From positions 1,650,001-1,682,000 of the forward strand of contig NC_007614.1 in NCBI RefSeq assembly GCF_000196355.1: a DNA stretch of 32,000 bases, read 5' to 3'. This DNA comes from Nitrosospira multiformis ATCC 25196 (GTDB taxonomy: Bacteria > Pseudomonadota > Gammaproteobacteria > Burkholderiales > Nitrosomonadaceae). Shown here in pieces: positions 8,442 through 17,404 of this stretch (positions within the stretch are counted from its first letter, which is position 1; the number at the start of each line of letters is the position of its first letter). The notes beneath the pieces were generated by a model, which ran no database searches, was not told where the DNA came from, and saw only the letters and a list, made by a program, of their open reading frames with translations. The position numbers and the translations under genes are program-made.

Positions 8442-8785
8442 ATCTCGCTCTGCTCCAATAAACCGTTACCCTGGACCTTCCTGTTGGCCATGTGCGCCGC
8501 CACGAGCAGCACTTGTTGCGTTTTCTCGCTGTGCTTCACCATCTCATTACGGAAAGATTCCGTAGCTGCAGCGCCCTTGCGGGATTCGTTGGCAGTGTTG
8601 ATCATCAACGTGGGCAGCCAGCCTATAGCGCACCCCCATGAATCGGTTTCCTGTCCCGTATTGGTATTTACCCCGCGCACCTGCACATACCATGGACATC
8701 GATAAAGGACGGGTTTGCTGTCCTCGATCTTAAGCTCTTCACATTTTGCCTCCAGCGGACAATTCGCTATGCGTATTTCCATCAA
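8432..8785 (-). CDS. Hypothetical Cys-containing protein (117 aa)
   Basis: The ORF overlaps both neighbours. It has four Cys (CPLEAKCE...RCPW...WGC). Function unknown. Confidence 0.5.
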   Translation of the reverse strand: MMEIRIANCPLEAKCEELKIEDSKPVLYRCPWYVQVRGVNTNTGQETDSWGCAIGWLPTLMINTANESRKGAAATESFRNEMVKHSEKTQQVLLVAAHMANRKVQGNGLLEQSEICE

Positions 8786-9678
8786 TCCTTACTCGCTATG
8801 ATTATGTCGATGTATTGCACGGCAAGGTTGATGGCCGTGCCGGTAAAAATATGGCTGTGGGAGCCACCACCCCCTGTGCCGGCATCTGTAATTGGCATCC
8901 CGGTAATAATTCCACCTCCTCCACCGCTGGGGTTAGCCCCTCCGCCTGATGTCCCATATACACTCAAACTATGCGTATGCGCCGGTATCTGCGCCGAAGT
9001 CAATGTCGTCGCACTGTTCCAACCCGAAACTGCCTGCGACGTGAAGGCTGACGTGAACGCGACTGACCCCCCCGAACCGCCACCGGCACTTCCTACAACA
9101 CGCAGCGCCTTATTGTGATGCGTCGTGACCTGAGTCCAGCCTGTCGGGGCCGTCGCCTGAAAAAATGACATAACGGTTCCAGGGGGAATGAGGCTCGCAG
9201 GCGCAGCGCCTAGAGTCTCTCTTGCGGTCGCTGCATTATCATCATCCAGCAAGCTCCGGATATAGGAACTCAGATTCGCCAATGCAGCTGTGCCTGGTCC
9301 AGTAAAATACGCCATCTTATCGGCTGACGTTTCCAGGCCGCCAAGCGCCTGGAGATTTGGATTTGCAAGAGATTCCTGCAAGGCGATGTTGGTCACGCCG
9401 GCAACGAAATAATCGCCTGCTGCCCAGGTACGGGGAGCCGTACCGTCCAGTCCTCGTCCTCCTTGCGCGATGGTTAAGCTGTCGCTGGTACGTGCCTCGA
9501 TTTTCACGATTTCCCGGTTGCCGGAAGCATCCTTGAATATCCCATAAAAATAATCGCCGATGCCGGGCGATGGAAAGAGAACGCCCTTTCCGGCCTCTAT
9601 TGTGAAGCTCAATCCCGTTGTTCCGCTCGGGGCAGAACTGATAATGGCCTTGCCAAAATTCGAGAACTTGAGTCCCAT
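8782..9678 (-). CDS. Tail fiber protein with C-terminal phage tail-collar domain
   Basis: N-terminal fiber-like region (FPSPGIGDYFYGIF.D.SGNREIVKIEARTSDSLTIAQGGRGLDGT). It also has an ARETLGA motif, a Gly-rich stretch, and PTGW...IPAHTHS...GGSHSH...YIDIIIASK, typical of tail-collar domains. Confidence 0.8.
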   Translation of the reverse strand: MGLKFSNFGKAIISSAPSGTTGLSFTIEAGKGVLFPSPGIGDYFYGIFKDASGNREIVKIEARTSDSLTIAQGGRGLDGTAPRTWAAGDYFVAGVTNIALQESLANPNLQALGGLETSADKMAYFTGPGTAALANLSSYIRSLLDDDNAATARETLGAAPASLIPPGTVMSFFQATAPTGWTQVTTHHNKALRVVGSAGGGSGGSVAFTSAFTSQAVSGWNSATTLTSAQIPAHTHSLSVYGTSGGGANPSGGGGGIITGMPITDAGTGGGGSHSHIFTGTAINLAVQYIDIIIASKD

Positions 9679-9681
9679 GTT

Positions 9682-10299
9682 TTATCCTCGTCTCAGGATC
9701 GCAGTCTGAAGGGGAGCTCTGGCATAGCTTCTGGCTACTCTCATGCCTGCTGCTGCCGTTTTGATAATGAACTGTTGCTGGTGATAGGGGGCTAGCTGGA
9801 TATTGGTATAGGGTTTTTTAGGTGACAGCATTAGCCGCCCCATCGCGCCGTGAGTGATGGCTTCGCGGTATTCGTGGAATAACTCGTCATCAATCCCTGC
9901 ACTGGTGGCCGAAGGTTTTAACGCGACCCTTATTGCCAATACTCCGTTACTATCGGGAGTTGGAATCAGGGTCAGCGAAGATGGACCACCAAGCACATAC
10001 CGCGGTTTGCCAGTTTGGCGGCTCCAGATCGTGATGTTCTTCTCGCAGGCAAAAGGCTCTATTTCTTCTCCATCCAGCACTGCATTTATGATGGCATGAA
10101 TTTCCGTGCCTTCAGGTGGAGAAAAGGAATACTCTGCAATGCCCCCCATTACCAGGACAGGCTGATGCTTGGTTTGCCAAGCCAGGGATTGCTCACAAAA
10201 CGCCACAGAAGATTGGCGCAACGCACTGTCGGCTGCCGCAGCAGGACACTCAGGCAAATCTGGCATAAGCAGATCATAAAAATCGCTCCAGAATTTCAT
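9682..10299 (-). CDS. Hypothetical virion protein (205 aa), neck/tail position
   Basis: Clean ORF overlapping the upstream gene by 4 nt. Assigned by context only. Confidence 0.6.
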   Translation of the reverse strand: MKFWSDFYDLLMPDLPECPAAAADSALRQSSVAFCEQSLAWQTKHQPVLVMGGIAEYSFSPPEGTEIHAIINAVLDGEEIEPFACEKNITIWSRQTGKPRYVLGGPSSLTLIPTPDSNGVLAIRVALKPSATSAGIDDELFHEYREAITHGAMGRLMLSPKKPYTNIQLAPYHQQQFIIKTAAAGMRVARSYARAPLQTAILRRG

Positions 10300-10628
10300 G
10301 GATGCGCCTCCAAGCCGAACAACTGCATGAAGAGTGCGGCACGGCCGGAATTGACGTGCTCATCGTCGGACATTTCTGCTCTGGCCGTAACATAATCCGC
10401 TACTGTCTGGAGGTATATAGGCGGTAATGGAAAAGCATCATCCAAGGCGCGTTCCCCATCAGGCAGGTTGTTGAAGCTGCCTATGAACAGATCCGGTCGC
10501 CGTTTGAGTATCTGCAGCATCCCCTGATTGGCAAAGGACAATAATACGGTGTCCGCATAACGCGTCTTGTCGTCATCATTGAGCGGAATGCGAGCCAGCT
10601 CGACAATTGAGTGATATGATAATGGCAT
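10296..10628 (-). CDS. Hypothetical protein (110 aa), possible head-tail connector by position
   Basis: Clean ORF with a 1-nt TGATG overlap with the upstream gene. No firm motif. Confidence 0.55.
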   Translation of the reverse strand: MPLSYHSIVELARIPLNDDDKTRYADTVLLSFANQGMLQILKRRPDLFIGSFNNLPDGERALDDAFPLPPIYLQTVADYVTARAEMSDDEHVNSGRAALFMQLFGLEAHP

Positions 10629-11002
10629 CAGTCCGGCATCTCGTTCTTGGAAAACAGGGCAATCACTTTATGCCGTATCGTTCCCTCGCTTTGGCGCTTG
10701 TCCAGTCGTTCGTTGTATTTGCGCTCGGCAAACTCGAGCAGTGCTTTTTTACCCATGGAATGAAAGTCGATCACCGGCAGGGGTTCTTCAACCGGTTTCT
10801 CTGCTTGCGCCAGCCCGATTGGCACAACGTTATCCAGCGTCTCATCGTGGAGGCGCACCCAGGTGTCGGGGTAAACGAGCAGCCTCTCGGAAACTTCAGC
10901 GCTTACATTCCGCACTTGACCCGGTTCCCAGCGCAATCCCACTCCATTGATGCTGTCAATCTTGATGCCGGCGGCAATATATTTGACTTTTGGCATATGC
11001 AA
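10628..11002 (-). CDS. Hypothetical protein (124 aa)
   Basis: Clean ORF, the first gene after the terminator at 11008..11045. Confidence 0.55.
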   Translation of the reverse strand: MHMPKVKYIAAGIKIDSINGVGLRWEPGQVRNVSAEVSERLLVYPDTWVRLHDETLDNVVPIGLAQAEKPVEEPLPVIDFHSMGKKALLEFAERKYNERLDKRQSEGTIRHKVIALFSKNEMPD

Positions 11003-11007
11003 TCCTC

Positions 11008-11045
11008 AATAAAAAGGCGATTCCCAGAAGCTGGGAATCGCTTTT
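11008..11045 (-). terminator. Intrinsic terminator with an 11-bp stem (T-runs on both strands)
   Basis: GCGATTCCCAG-AAG-CTGGGAATCGC (11017..11041). The minus strand continues CTTTTTATT and the plus strand continues TTTT. Confidence 0.75.
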
Positions 11046-11068
11046 GACTTCCTGATTACTGCTTGTTT

Positions 11069-11509
11069 TTACTTGATGCCTGTCGCCTCGCCCGTGACGA
11101 TTGCAGTGATATTGCCCGAAGCAAATGCAGTGGCGGGTGCGGTTACAGTCAGGATGACGTAGACATCTTTTTCGAATTTGATGGGTTGAAATCTCAGGTC
11201 GGTAAGACCCACACCGGATAAAATCGTTGTAGCAGCGGAAAAATAATCATCATCCTCGACAGGACCTTGCCCGGCGTCGACCGGGGTATAGCCGATTTTT
11301 ACAGCAAACGTGGTGCCGCTTGTATCCAGATCGTCATTTACTATCCGTAACGCCGTAACACTCATGCCAGCCGGAATTCTGACGGGACGATAGATGCTTC
11401 CGGCCACCCCTGACGAGGGCGTTGCTGTCCCATAAACCACTGCGGCATTGCCATAGTTGCCCATGGGCATCGCTTTGCTGTTCAGATCGGGTGCGCTAAA
11501 AGTAGCCAT
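11069..11509 (-). CDS. Hypothetical capsid-associated protein (146 aa)
   Basis: ORF directly downstream of the major capsid gene. A decoration or head-associated role is inferred from position only. Confidence 0.55.
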   Translation of the reverse strand: MATFSAPDLNSKAMPMGNYGNAAVVYGTATPSSGVAGSIYRPVRIPAGMSVTALRIVNDDLDTSGTTFAVKIGYTPVDAGQGPVEDDDYFSAATTILSGVGLTDLRFQPIKFEKDVYVILTVTAPATAFASGNITAIVTGEATGIK

Positions 11510-11587
11510 TTATATCTCTCGAAAAAGTGAGGATCGAAAGCGGGCATTAAAACTCCGCTTTCACTGTATCAAACTGGTTAAAAGGGA

Positions 11588-12859
11588 TTAAAGCGGCACA
11601 GCCGAGTCAACCGCAATCACACCAAAGTCGGTGGGTACCCTGAAACCTGTTCCATCGTCGATAGAGAAACGGGTTTTCGCTTTGCCGCAAACCTTCTCAC
11701 CCATCACTTCCAGGTTACTTTCAAAGTTATACCAATGCTCCTTCCATCCGAACTGCATTCCGCTGACCCTGGTTTTGCCATAAGCGACCCCCAGTGCTTG
11801 TGCGCCTAATAATAATCCGCGCTCGATCGCGTACCCGGCAGTCAACGCTCCATTGACAGCCTGATCGGTTTCTGTGGCAGTTGTCGCGTTTGCTGCGGTG
11901 ACTATCTTTGTGCTTTCCCCAGGCATAAAACGGATCGCACGCTCATTCTTGATCACCAGAATGCCATTCCACATCCCAACCTCACCGGCAAACAGGGGGT
12001 GGCGCTCGTCAAAATATGCCGCCCGATTGATGGCATTCTGCTGGAAAGCACGTAACGAACCTTCGGTCAAAAGGAGCGAATACTGATTGGGTGTGGCGAG
12101 AAATACCCACATCTTGGAAGTCTGAGCGGCTCGGTCCCCTGCCAGTTTGACGGATTGCAATGGCTGATCCATGTCATCAAGCCTCTTCCGCAGCAGATCC
12201 AGATGCGACAAGCGCAGGGCGTCCGTTGAAACGACGGATCCCAACTGCTGTCCCCCTGAAGTCAGATTGGCGCCGTTCACTACAAAATGACGATTATAGG
12301 TAGGGGCCTTCACGGGATTCACCATGATGGAACTGAAGTTCGGCGCGCTTTGAAGCGGTACTGTCCAGTCCGAACCGGTTTGCGAACCGCGTGCTCCTGC
12401 AAGATGCACCAGGGTTTCCTGAGCGTCGAGACGGGGGAAATAACCTGACAATTGCGCCAGGGCAATTTCCCGCAACTGATGCTTGGTGCGTTGCTGCGAC
12501 ATGCTGCCACCGGCATCGATAACCTTACTGGATAGATCGATCTTGATCTCCATCGAGGAAAACGAAAGCGCGCTGCCCCGTCCTTCACGATTGACGTCGC
12601 CCATCAATGGTTCACCGCCCACCGTATCGACCAGATCGAGCGATACGACATCGCCAGCACTTTTCATTAAATTATCGATTCGCACGATAGGCATGCCCGG
12701 ATTTGTTTGACCGGCAATTTTCTGCATTGCTACTGAAGGCTCGACCGGGCCCACAAGACTGTCAATCGCTGTGGATCCTTTGAGCGTGTTGGCGAAGAGC
12801 GCCGCGCTATAATGTTTGACTGCCAGTGAACTTCCGCTTGCTACGTTTGTTTCAGCCAT
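11588..12859 (-). CDS. Major capsid protein (HK97 fold; resembles the N4-gp56-type family)
   Basis: 423 aa, immediately after the scaffold gene. The pattern KHYSAALF...IVRIDNLMKSAGDVVSLDLV..GEPLMGDVNREGRGSALSFSSMEIKID matches, from memory, the N4-type capsid family. A weak hairpin follows at 11536..11562. Confidence 0.8.
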   Translation of the reverse strand: MAETNVASGSSLAVKHYSAALFANTLKGSTAIDSLVGPVEPSVAMQKIAGQTNPGMPIVRIDNLMKSAGDVVSLDLVDTVGGEPLMGDVNREGRGSALSFSSMEIKIDLSSKVIDAGGSMSQQRTKHQLREIALAQLSGYFPRLDAQETLVHLAGARGSQTGSDWTVPLQSAPNFSSIMVNPVKAPTYNRHFVVNGANLTSGGQQLGSVVSTDALRLSHLDLLRKRLDDMDQPLQSVKLAGDRAAQTSKMWVFLATPNQYSLLLTEGSLRAFQQNAINRAAYFDERHPLFAGEVGMWNGILVIKNERAIRFMPGESTKIVTAANATTATETDQAVNGALTAGYAIERGLLLGAQALGVAYGKTRVSGMQFGWKEHWYNFESNLEVMGEKVCGKAKTRFSIDDGTGFRVPTDFGVIAVDSAVPL

Positions 12860-12873
12860 TTAATCAATAATCC

Positions 12874-13836
12874 TTAATCAAGTTCGGCTCTCAGGGCTGC
12901 CGCCTGATGCGTGGGCATCTTCATCAGCTTCTGAGCAAGTTCAAATGGGCTCAGACTCTCAAGTTGCTCACGTTCAGAGGCTGGATTTGCTCCACCCTGA
13001 ATATCCGATAGAGTTACAGGCTTCCTCACCGGGGCTGCCTCAAGCTTGGCTTGCAAATCCGCTTTCATCATTCCCGGATCGGGTTTCTTTTTTGGAGTGG
13101 AGGCCTCGGGCATGATTGCCCTGACACGCCGGACAACCTCCTGGAACCGTTCCGCATAAGGCTTTCCTGCCCACTTTGTATTGGTTCTCAGAATTTCATC
13201 CTGCTTGAGTGCTTCTTCCCACGCGTCAGCGTCATTACTTTCCCAATGCGCGAGATCAGGATTATTGTCTTTTGCCTCTGCGACTTGCTCTGCAGTACTC
13301 AGCTGGTTTCTGCGCTCGGATTCCTCTTTTTCGCGCTCCAACTCCCGCAGTGTTTGCTCCAGCTTTTCGCCTTGCTTCCGGCTTCCCTCAAGCAGCGCGC
13401 TGAGTACCTGATGAAGTTGAGGCATTTCTTCTTTCAGAGCCTCCAGATGTATCTTGAGTTTTTCATCCAGCGCACCGGTCTCTACTTCCTTTGCTTCCTC
13501 TTTCCGTATCAGGAATTCATCGAGTTTGCCTTGGGCGGATTTTAGCTGCTCACGCAGCGCCGAGTTCTCTACCCGCAATTCCTTGTGCTTCTGGTAGGGA
13601 ATGGTCCCCTTGCCGCTTTTATTCAGAACGACAGGCTCATCTTCACTTTTATCCCCGCCCGCCTTGCCGGGCATGTCGTCGTTAACGGGGGAGCTGGATT
13701 TCTCCGTTTCCTTTTCCTCAGATGCTTCCTGCCTGCCTAGAATTTCTGCAAGCTTGTTCGGGTCGCTTTCCAATATTTCGATTTGTTCCGGCGTAAGATT
13801 TGCGATTTGCTCATCCGTAAGCTGATCCACTTTCAT
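12874..13836 (-). CDS. Scaffolding protein
   Basis: 320 aa, highly charged and helical (EE/KE-rich, LEQTLRELEREKEESERR), located just before the capsid gene. Confidence 0.75.
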   Translation of the reverse strand: MKVDQLTDEQIANLTPEQIEILESDPNKLAEILGRQEASEEKETEKSSSPVNDDMPGKAGGDKSEDEPVVLNKSGKGTIPYQKHKELRVENSALREQLKSAQGKLDEFLIRKEEAKEVETGALDEKLKIHLEALKEEMPQLHQVLSALLEGSRKQGEKLEQTLRELEREKEESERRNQLSTAEQVAEAKDNNPDLAHWESNDADAWEEALKQDEILRTNTKWAGKPYAERFQEVVRRVRAIMPEASTPKKKPDPGMMKADLQAKLEAAPVRKPVTLSDIQGGANPASEREQLESLSPFELAQKLMKMPTHQAAALRAELD

Positions 13837-13982
13837 CTTTCCTCCAAACTACTTAACCCAGTGAGCGGGCCTGCCTTGAGCAGGGTTCAAAAAAACCCCT
13901 GAACAACACAAGAAGTGCATTGATCAGAGGTTTCCAGGACTACTACTGCAATACTGCCGCTAGCGTTCGCATGAAAGCCAGT

Positions 13983-14010
13983 AAAAAACCGCCACTGTTT
14001 CCAGAGGCGG
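13983..14010 (-). terminator. Intrinsic terminator T1 (GAAA tetraloop)
   Basis: The minus strand reads CCGCCUCUG-GAAA-CAGUGGCGG followed by U6, 24 nt after the stop of 14034..14771. Confidence 0.8.
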
Positions 14011-14033
14011 CTCGATAGAGTCCGATTGAAACA

Positions 14034-14771
14034 TTATTTCTGCAGCATTTTTAAGGGCGACACTGGCACTTCCCCCATAACCGCCGGAAAACTTTCGTTG
14101 CCAGTCCATTGCCTGGCGTTCCGCACCCACATTCTCACCATGTCATAGTCCTGAGTAAGCGTTCTTGGCCCCACCTTGAAGTAAGGACCAGTTGCGTCCT
14201 CATAAGCCGTGGGCACGTTGTATTCCCCGAAAATCTTCATGCGGTCCAGATAAACCTCGCGCCAGCCGGTAGCGTTTGTTTGTAGATTTGCGCGAATCGT
14301 GACGTTATGCCACTTGCCTTTTTCCACCTTCCTTGCTGCTACAATCCTTCCGGTTGAAGTTACTGCCGGAAGCGTAGTCGCGGGGACGGCCACAAAAAGC
14401 GTTTCCTGGTCGACAATGCGCAAACCGATATTGACGTGCTTGACAGTCAATTCTTCGCCTGGGTCTGGTGTCGGATACCACGATCCAAGTCCCGAGAAAT
14501 TGTTTGTGGTCCATGAAGGATCGATCATGAAATCCAGCGAGGACCAGCATTCGCCGGAATTAGGAAATGCAGGAAAACTGACTTCGGTTCTGTGACCGAA
14601 ATTTGTTTCTGTATCTGGGCCGTACAGGGTCAGGCGTGCCGCTCTATCCACAATCTCGATACGATCCCTCATTCCGTCAAGCATCTTATTTCCGGGCCCC
14701 TCGACGCCATTTGCCTGTAAATACGTACCGGCGAAATCGACATCGAGAGGAAAATTGAATAACTGAGTCAT
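14034..14771 (-). CDS. Polysaccharide-lyase-like beta-jelly-roll protein, copy A (245 aa)
   Basis: The motifs HRTEV (res 60-64), KHVNIG, KWHNVTIR, GWREVYLD and YFKVG (res 197-201) recall the R-x-E-x-R / H / YFKAG signature of PL7-type lyases. The call is tentative and made by eye. Confidence 0.6.
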   Translation of the reverse strand: MTQLFNFPLDVDFAGTYLQANGVEGPGNKMLDGMRDRIEIVDRAARLTLYGPDTETNFGHRTEVSFPAFPNSGECWSSLDFMIDPSWTTNNFSGLGSWYPTPDPGEELTVKHVNIGLRIVDQETLFVAVPATTLPAVTSTGRIVAARKVEKGKWHNVTIRANLQTNATGWREVYLDRMKIFGEYNVPTAYEDATGPYFKVGPRTLTQDYDMVRMWVRNARQWTGNESFPAVMGEVPVSPLKMLQK

Positions 14772-15649
14772 CAGAACGCGCTCCTCAAAATGGGATTGCC
14801 CGGATTCGAGCGAAGCTGCTGAAAAACACTCGTCAGAGTTTTCACGGAGGGCATGGGATAGCTGGCGGGCAGCCTGAGTATTACCAAAGCCCTCGTAGCC
14901 GTTGCGATGCCCGAACTGGATCTGGCAGGCGCAGGGTACGATGTGCCGATATTGAAGGTGTTGGAATTGCGTGTATCTATCCCGCCGGTTAGCGGAGTAT
15001 ATGAGCCTTCAGAGAGTGAATACTCCTCGTCCACCCATATGCCGTGCTGCCCCCCCTGCCCACCCCCGCTTATGGCTATGCCAAAACTGTGCAAGCCGCC
15101 GGAAATGCTCTTGTGCCCATTTGAAGAGTAAACTTCGGTGGCACCTGACAGTACGAAACCGACACGTCCATTTGTTTGCAGTAAAATGTTAATCCCCCGT
15201 TGTCCTGGAGACGTACCATAACCATCGCCCATCATCGGGGTAGGGATTGTTTCTGCCGTAACCTTGCCAAGCCACCAGATAATCAGCTTCTCGCCACCTG
15301 CATAGTCATAGTTCAGATTGGGAATGCGCAATACGGAATCGGTTGCGCCAGTTGCCGGGTCAACCGTGGACGCATAGCCGGAATTCGGCGTCCAGAGTTG
15401 CGCGACCGACAGGTTCACGCCCCGCGAAGCATGGTTTATTCCTGTCAGATCGTAAAATTTCTCGTCGTCTGCAACCTGCTTTCCCGTGAAGCCGTGAAAG
15501 TGGTAATAAGGATGGAATCCGTCGGGATCGTAAGCTTCAGCACTCTCCAGTGTTATCAGAATGTCCTCAACACTTTTATCGAAGGATGCAACAGTTCCCT
15601 TCCCGTAAAGATATCCTGATAAAGTTGTGTTGCCCAGAAATCGAATCAT
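14771..15649 (-). CDS. MIRFL-N-terminus protein with LamG/ConA-like lectin domain, copy A (292 aa)
   Basis: LamG-like strand pattern (FYDLTG, KLIIWWLGKV, GRVGFVLSG, LHSFGIAISGG..HGIWVDEEY, NTFNIGTSY, RALVILRLPAS). The stop overlaps the start of the 245-aa gene by 1 nt (TGATG). Confidence 0.65.
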   Translation of the reverse strand: MIRFLGNTTLSGYLYGKGTVASFDKSVEDILITLESAEAYDPDGFHPYYHFHGFTGKQVADDEKFYDLTGINHASRGVNLSVAQLWTPNSGYASTVDPATGATDSVLRIPNLNYDYAGGEKLIIWWLGKVTAETIPTPMMGDGYGTSPGQRGINILLQTNGRVGFVLSGATEVYSSNGHKSISGGLHSFGIAISGGGQGGQHGIWVDEEYSLSEGSYTPLTGGIDTRNSNTFNIGTSYPAPARSSSGIATATRALVILRLPASYPMPSVKTLTSVFQQLRSNPGNPILRSAF

Positions 15650-15676
15650 ATATTTGCCCTTTCTGTTTATCCAAAT

Positions 15677-15706
15677 AAAAAAGCCGCCCCTGTTTCCAGA
15701 GGCGGC
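15677..15706 (-). terminator. Intrinsic terminator T2 (GAAA tetraloop, 10-bp stem)
   Basis: The minus strand reads GCCGCCUCUG-GAAA-CAGGGGCGGC followed by U6, 23 nt after the stop of 15729..16466. Confidence 0.85.
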
Positions 15707-15728
15707 TCAATAGAGTGCGATTGAAACA

Positions 15729-16466
15729 TTATTGCCGCAGCATTCTCGAGGGCGACACTGGCGCTTCCCTCATCACCGTCGAGAAACTTTCATTGCCAGT
15801 CCATTGCCTGGCGTTCCGTACCCACATTCTCACCTTGTCATAATCCTGGACGAGCGTTCTCGGTCCCATCTTGAAGCTGGGACCAGTCGCGTCCTCATAA
15901 GCCGTGGGCACGTTGTATTCCCCGAAAATCTTCACGCGGTCCAGATAAACCTCGCGCCACCCAACAGCAGTTGTTTGCAGATTTACTCTGATTGTTACAT
16001 TATGCCACCGTCCTTGTTGTATCTTGGCAATTGCAACTGTCTTGCCCGTACTACTTACAGCAGGCAATACCGCTGCAGGGACATTCACAAAGAGCGTATC
16101 TCTATTCACGAGACGCAAACCGATATTGACGTGCTTGACAGTCAATTCTTCGCCTGGGTCTGGTGTCGGATACCACGATCCAAGTCCCGAGAAATTGTTT
16201 GTGGTCCATGAAGGATCGATCATGAAATCTACCGAGGACCAGCATTCGCCGGAATTAGGGAATGTTCCGAGCTGTATTTCGGTTCTATAGCCGTAGTTTG
16301 TTTGCCGGTCCGTACCGTACAACGTTGTTCTGGCTGCTCCGTTTATGATCTCAAGTCGATCGGAAATTCCGCTCAGCATCTTATTTCCCGGGCCCTCGAC
16401 GCCATTTGCCTGTAAATACGTACCGGCGAAATCGACATCGAGAGGAAAATTGAATAACTGAGTCAT
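15729..16466 (-). CDS. Polysaccharide-lyase-like beta-jelly-roll protein, copy B (245 aa)
   Basis: Paralog of 14034..14771, with ~79% aa identity by hand alignment and a mosaic pattern. The YFKVG motif reads SFKMG here. Confidence 0.6.
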   Translation of the reverse strand: MTQLFNFPLDVDFAGTYLQANGVEGPGNKMLSGISDRLEIINGAARTTLYGTDRQTNYGYRTEIQLGTFPNSGECWSSVDFMIDPSWTTNNFSGLGSWYPTPDPGEELTVKHVNIGLRLVNRDTLFVNVPAAVLPAVSSTGKTVAIAKIQQGRWHNVTIRVNLQTTAVGWREVYLDRVKIFGEYNVPTAYEDATGPSFKMGPRTLVQDYDKVRMWVRNARQWTGNESFSTVMREAPVSPSRMLRQ

Positions 16467-17344
16467 CAGAACGCGCTCCTCAAAATGGGATTGCCCGGAT
16501 TCGAGCGAAGCTGCTGAAAAACACTCGTCAGGGTTCCCACGGAGGGCATGGGATAGCTGGCGGGCAGCCTGAGTATTACCAAAGCCCTCGTAGCCGTTGC
16601 GATGCCCGAACTGGATCTGGCAGGCGCAGGGTACGATGTGCCGATATTGAAGGTGTTGGAATTGCGTGTATCTATCCCGCCGGTTAGCGGAGTATATGAG
16701 CCTTCAGAGAGTGAATACTCCTCGTCCACCCATATGCCGTGCTGCCCCCCCTGCCCACCCCCGCTTATGGCTATGCCAAAACTGTGCAAGCCGCCGGAAA
16801 TGCTCTTGTGCCCATTTGAAGAGTAAACTTCGGTGGCACCCGACAGTACGAAACCGACACGTCCGTTTGTATATAATGCGATACGAATGCCTCCCTGTCC
16901 CGGGGACGTACCGTAACCATCGCCCATCATCCGGGCGGGGATTGTTTCTGCCGTAACCTTGCCAAGCCACCAGATAATCAGCTTCTCGCCACCTGCATAG
17001 TCATAGTTCAGATTGGGAATGCGCAATACGGAATCGGTTGCGCCAGTTGCCGGGTCAACCGTGGACGCATAGCCGGAATTCGGCGTCCAGAGTTGCGCGA
17101 CCGACAGGTTCACGCCCCGCGAAGCATGGTTTATTCCTGTCAGATCGTAAAATTTCTCGTCATCTGCAACCTGGTTTCCCGCGAAGCCGTGAAAGTGGTA
17201 ATAAGGATGGAATCCGTCGGGATCGTAAGCTTCAGCACTCTCCAGTGTTATCAGAATGTCCTCAACACTTTTATCGAAGGATGCAACAGTTCCCTTCCCG
17301 TAAAGATATCCTGATAAAGTTGTGTTGCCCAGAAATCGAATCAT
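16466..17344 (-). CDS. MIRFL-N-terminus protein with LamG/ConA-like lectin domain, copy B (292 aa)
   Basis: Differs from copy A at 9 of 292 residues by hand count, with the same TGATG coupling to its partner. Confidence 0.65.
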   Translation of the reverse strand: MIRFLGNTTLSGYLYGKGTVASFDKSVEDILITLESAEAYDPDGFHPYYHFHGFAGNQVADDEKFYDLTGINHASRGVNLSVAQLWTPNSGYASTVDPATGATDSVLRIPNLNYDYAGGEKLIIWWLGKVTAETIPARMMGDGYGTSPGQGGIRIALYTNGRVGFVLSGATEVYSSNGHKSISGGLHSFGIAISGGGQGGQHGIWVDEEYSLSEGSYTPLTGGIDTRNSNTFNIGTSYPAPARSSSGIATATRALVILRLPASYPMPSVGTLTSVFQQLRSNPGNPILRSAF

Positions 17345-17404
17345 ATTTGCCCTTTCCGTTTATCCAAATATTAAATGGTTCTCTACCCGAAACGCCTTTG
17401 TTTA

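Larger units (their letters stand above)
13984..17370 (-). repeat. Tandem duplication, 2 x ~1.69 kb (period 1695 bp)
   Basis: Gene starts, stops and terminators are all offset by exactly 1695 bp (14034/15729, 14771/16466, 15649/17344). The leader ATTTGGATAAAC(A/G)GAAAGGGCAAAT precedes both 292-aa genes. Confidence 0.9.

Noticed and set aside
13051-13545. Plus-strand ORF (164 aa) and several smaller ones opposite the scaffold gene
   Set aside because: They are antisense to the charged, repetitive scaffold coding sequence, which naturally leaves the opposite strand open. There is no independent support.
14034-17344. Diversity-generating retroelement (template/variable repeat) as an explanation for the diverged paralogs
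   Set aside because: There is no reverse transcriptase anywhere in the window. The substitutions I checked between the copies are not adenine-specific (for example ACG/GCG, AAG/AAC, GAC/GAT). The differences also include whole diverged blocks.
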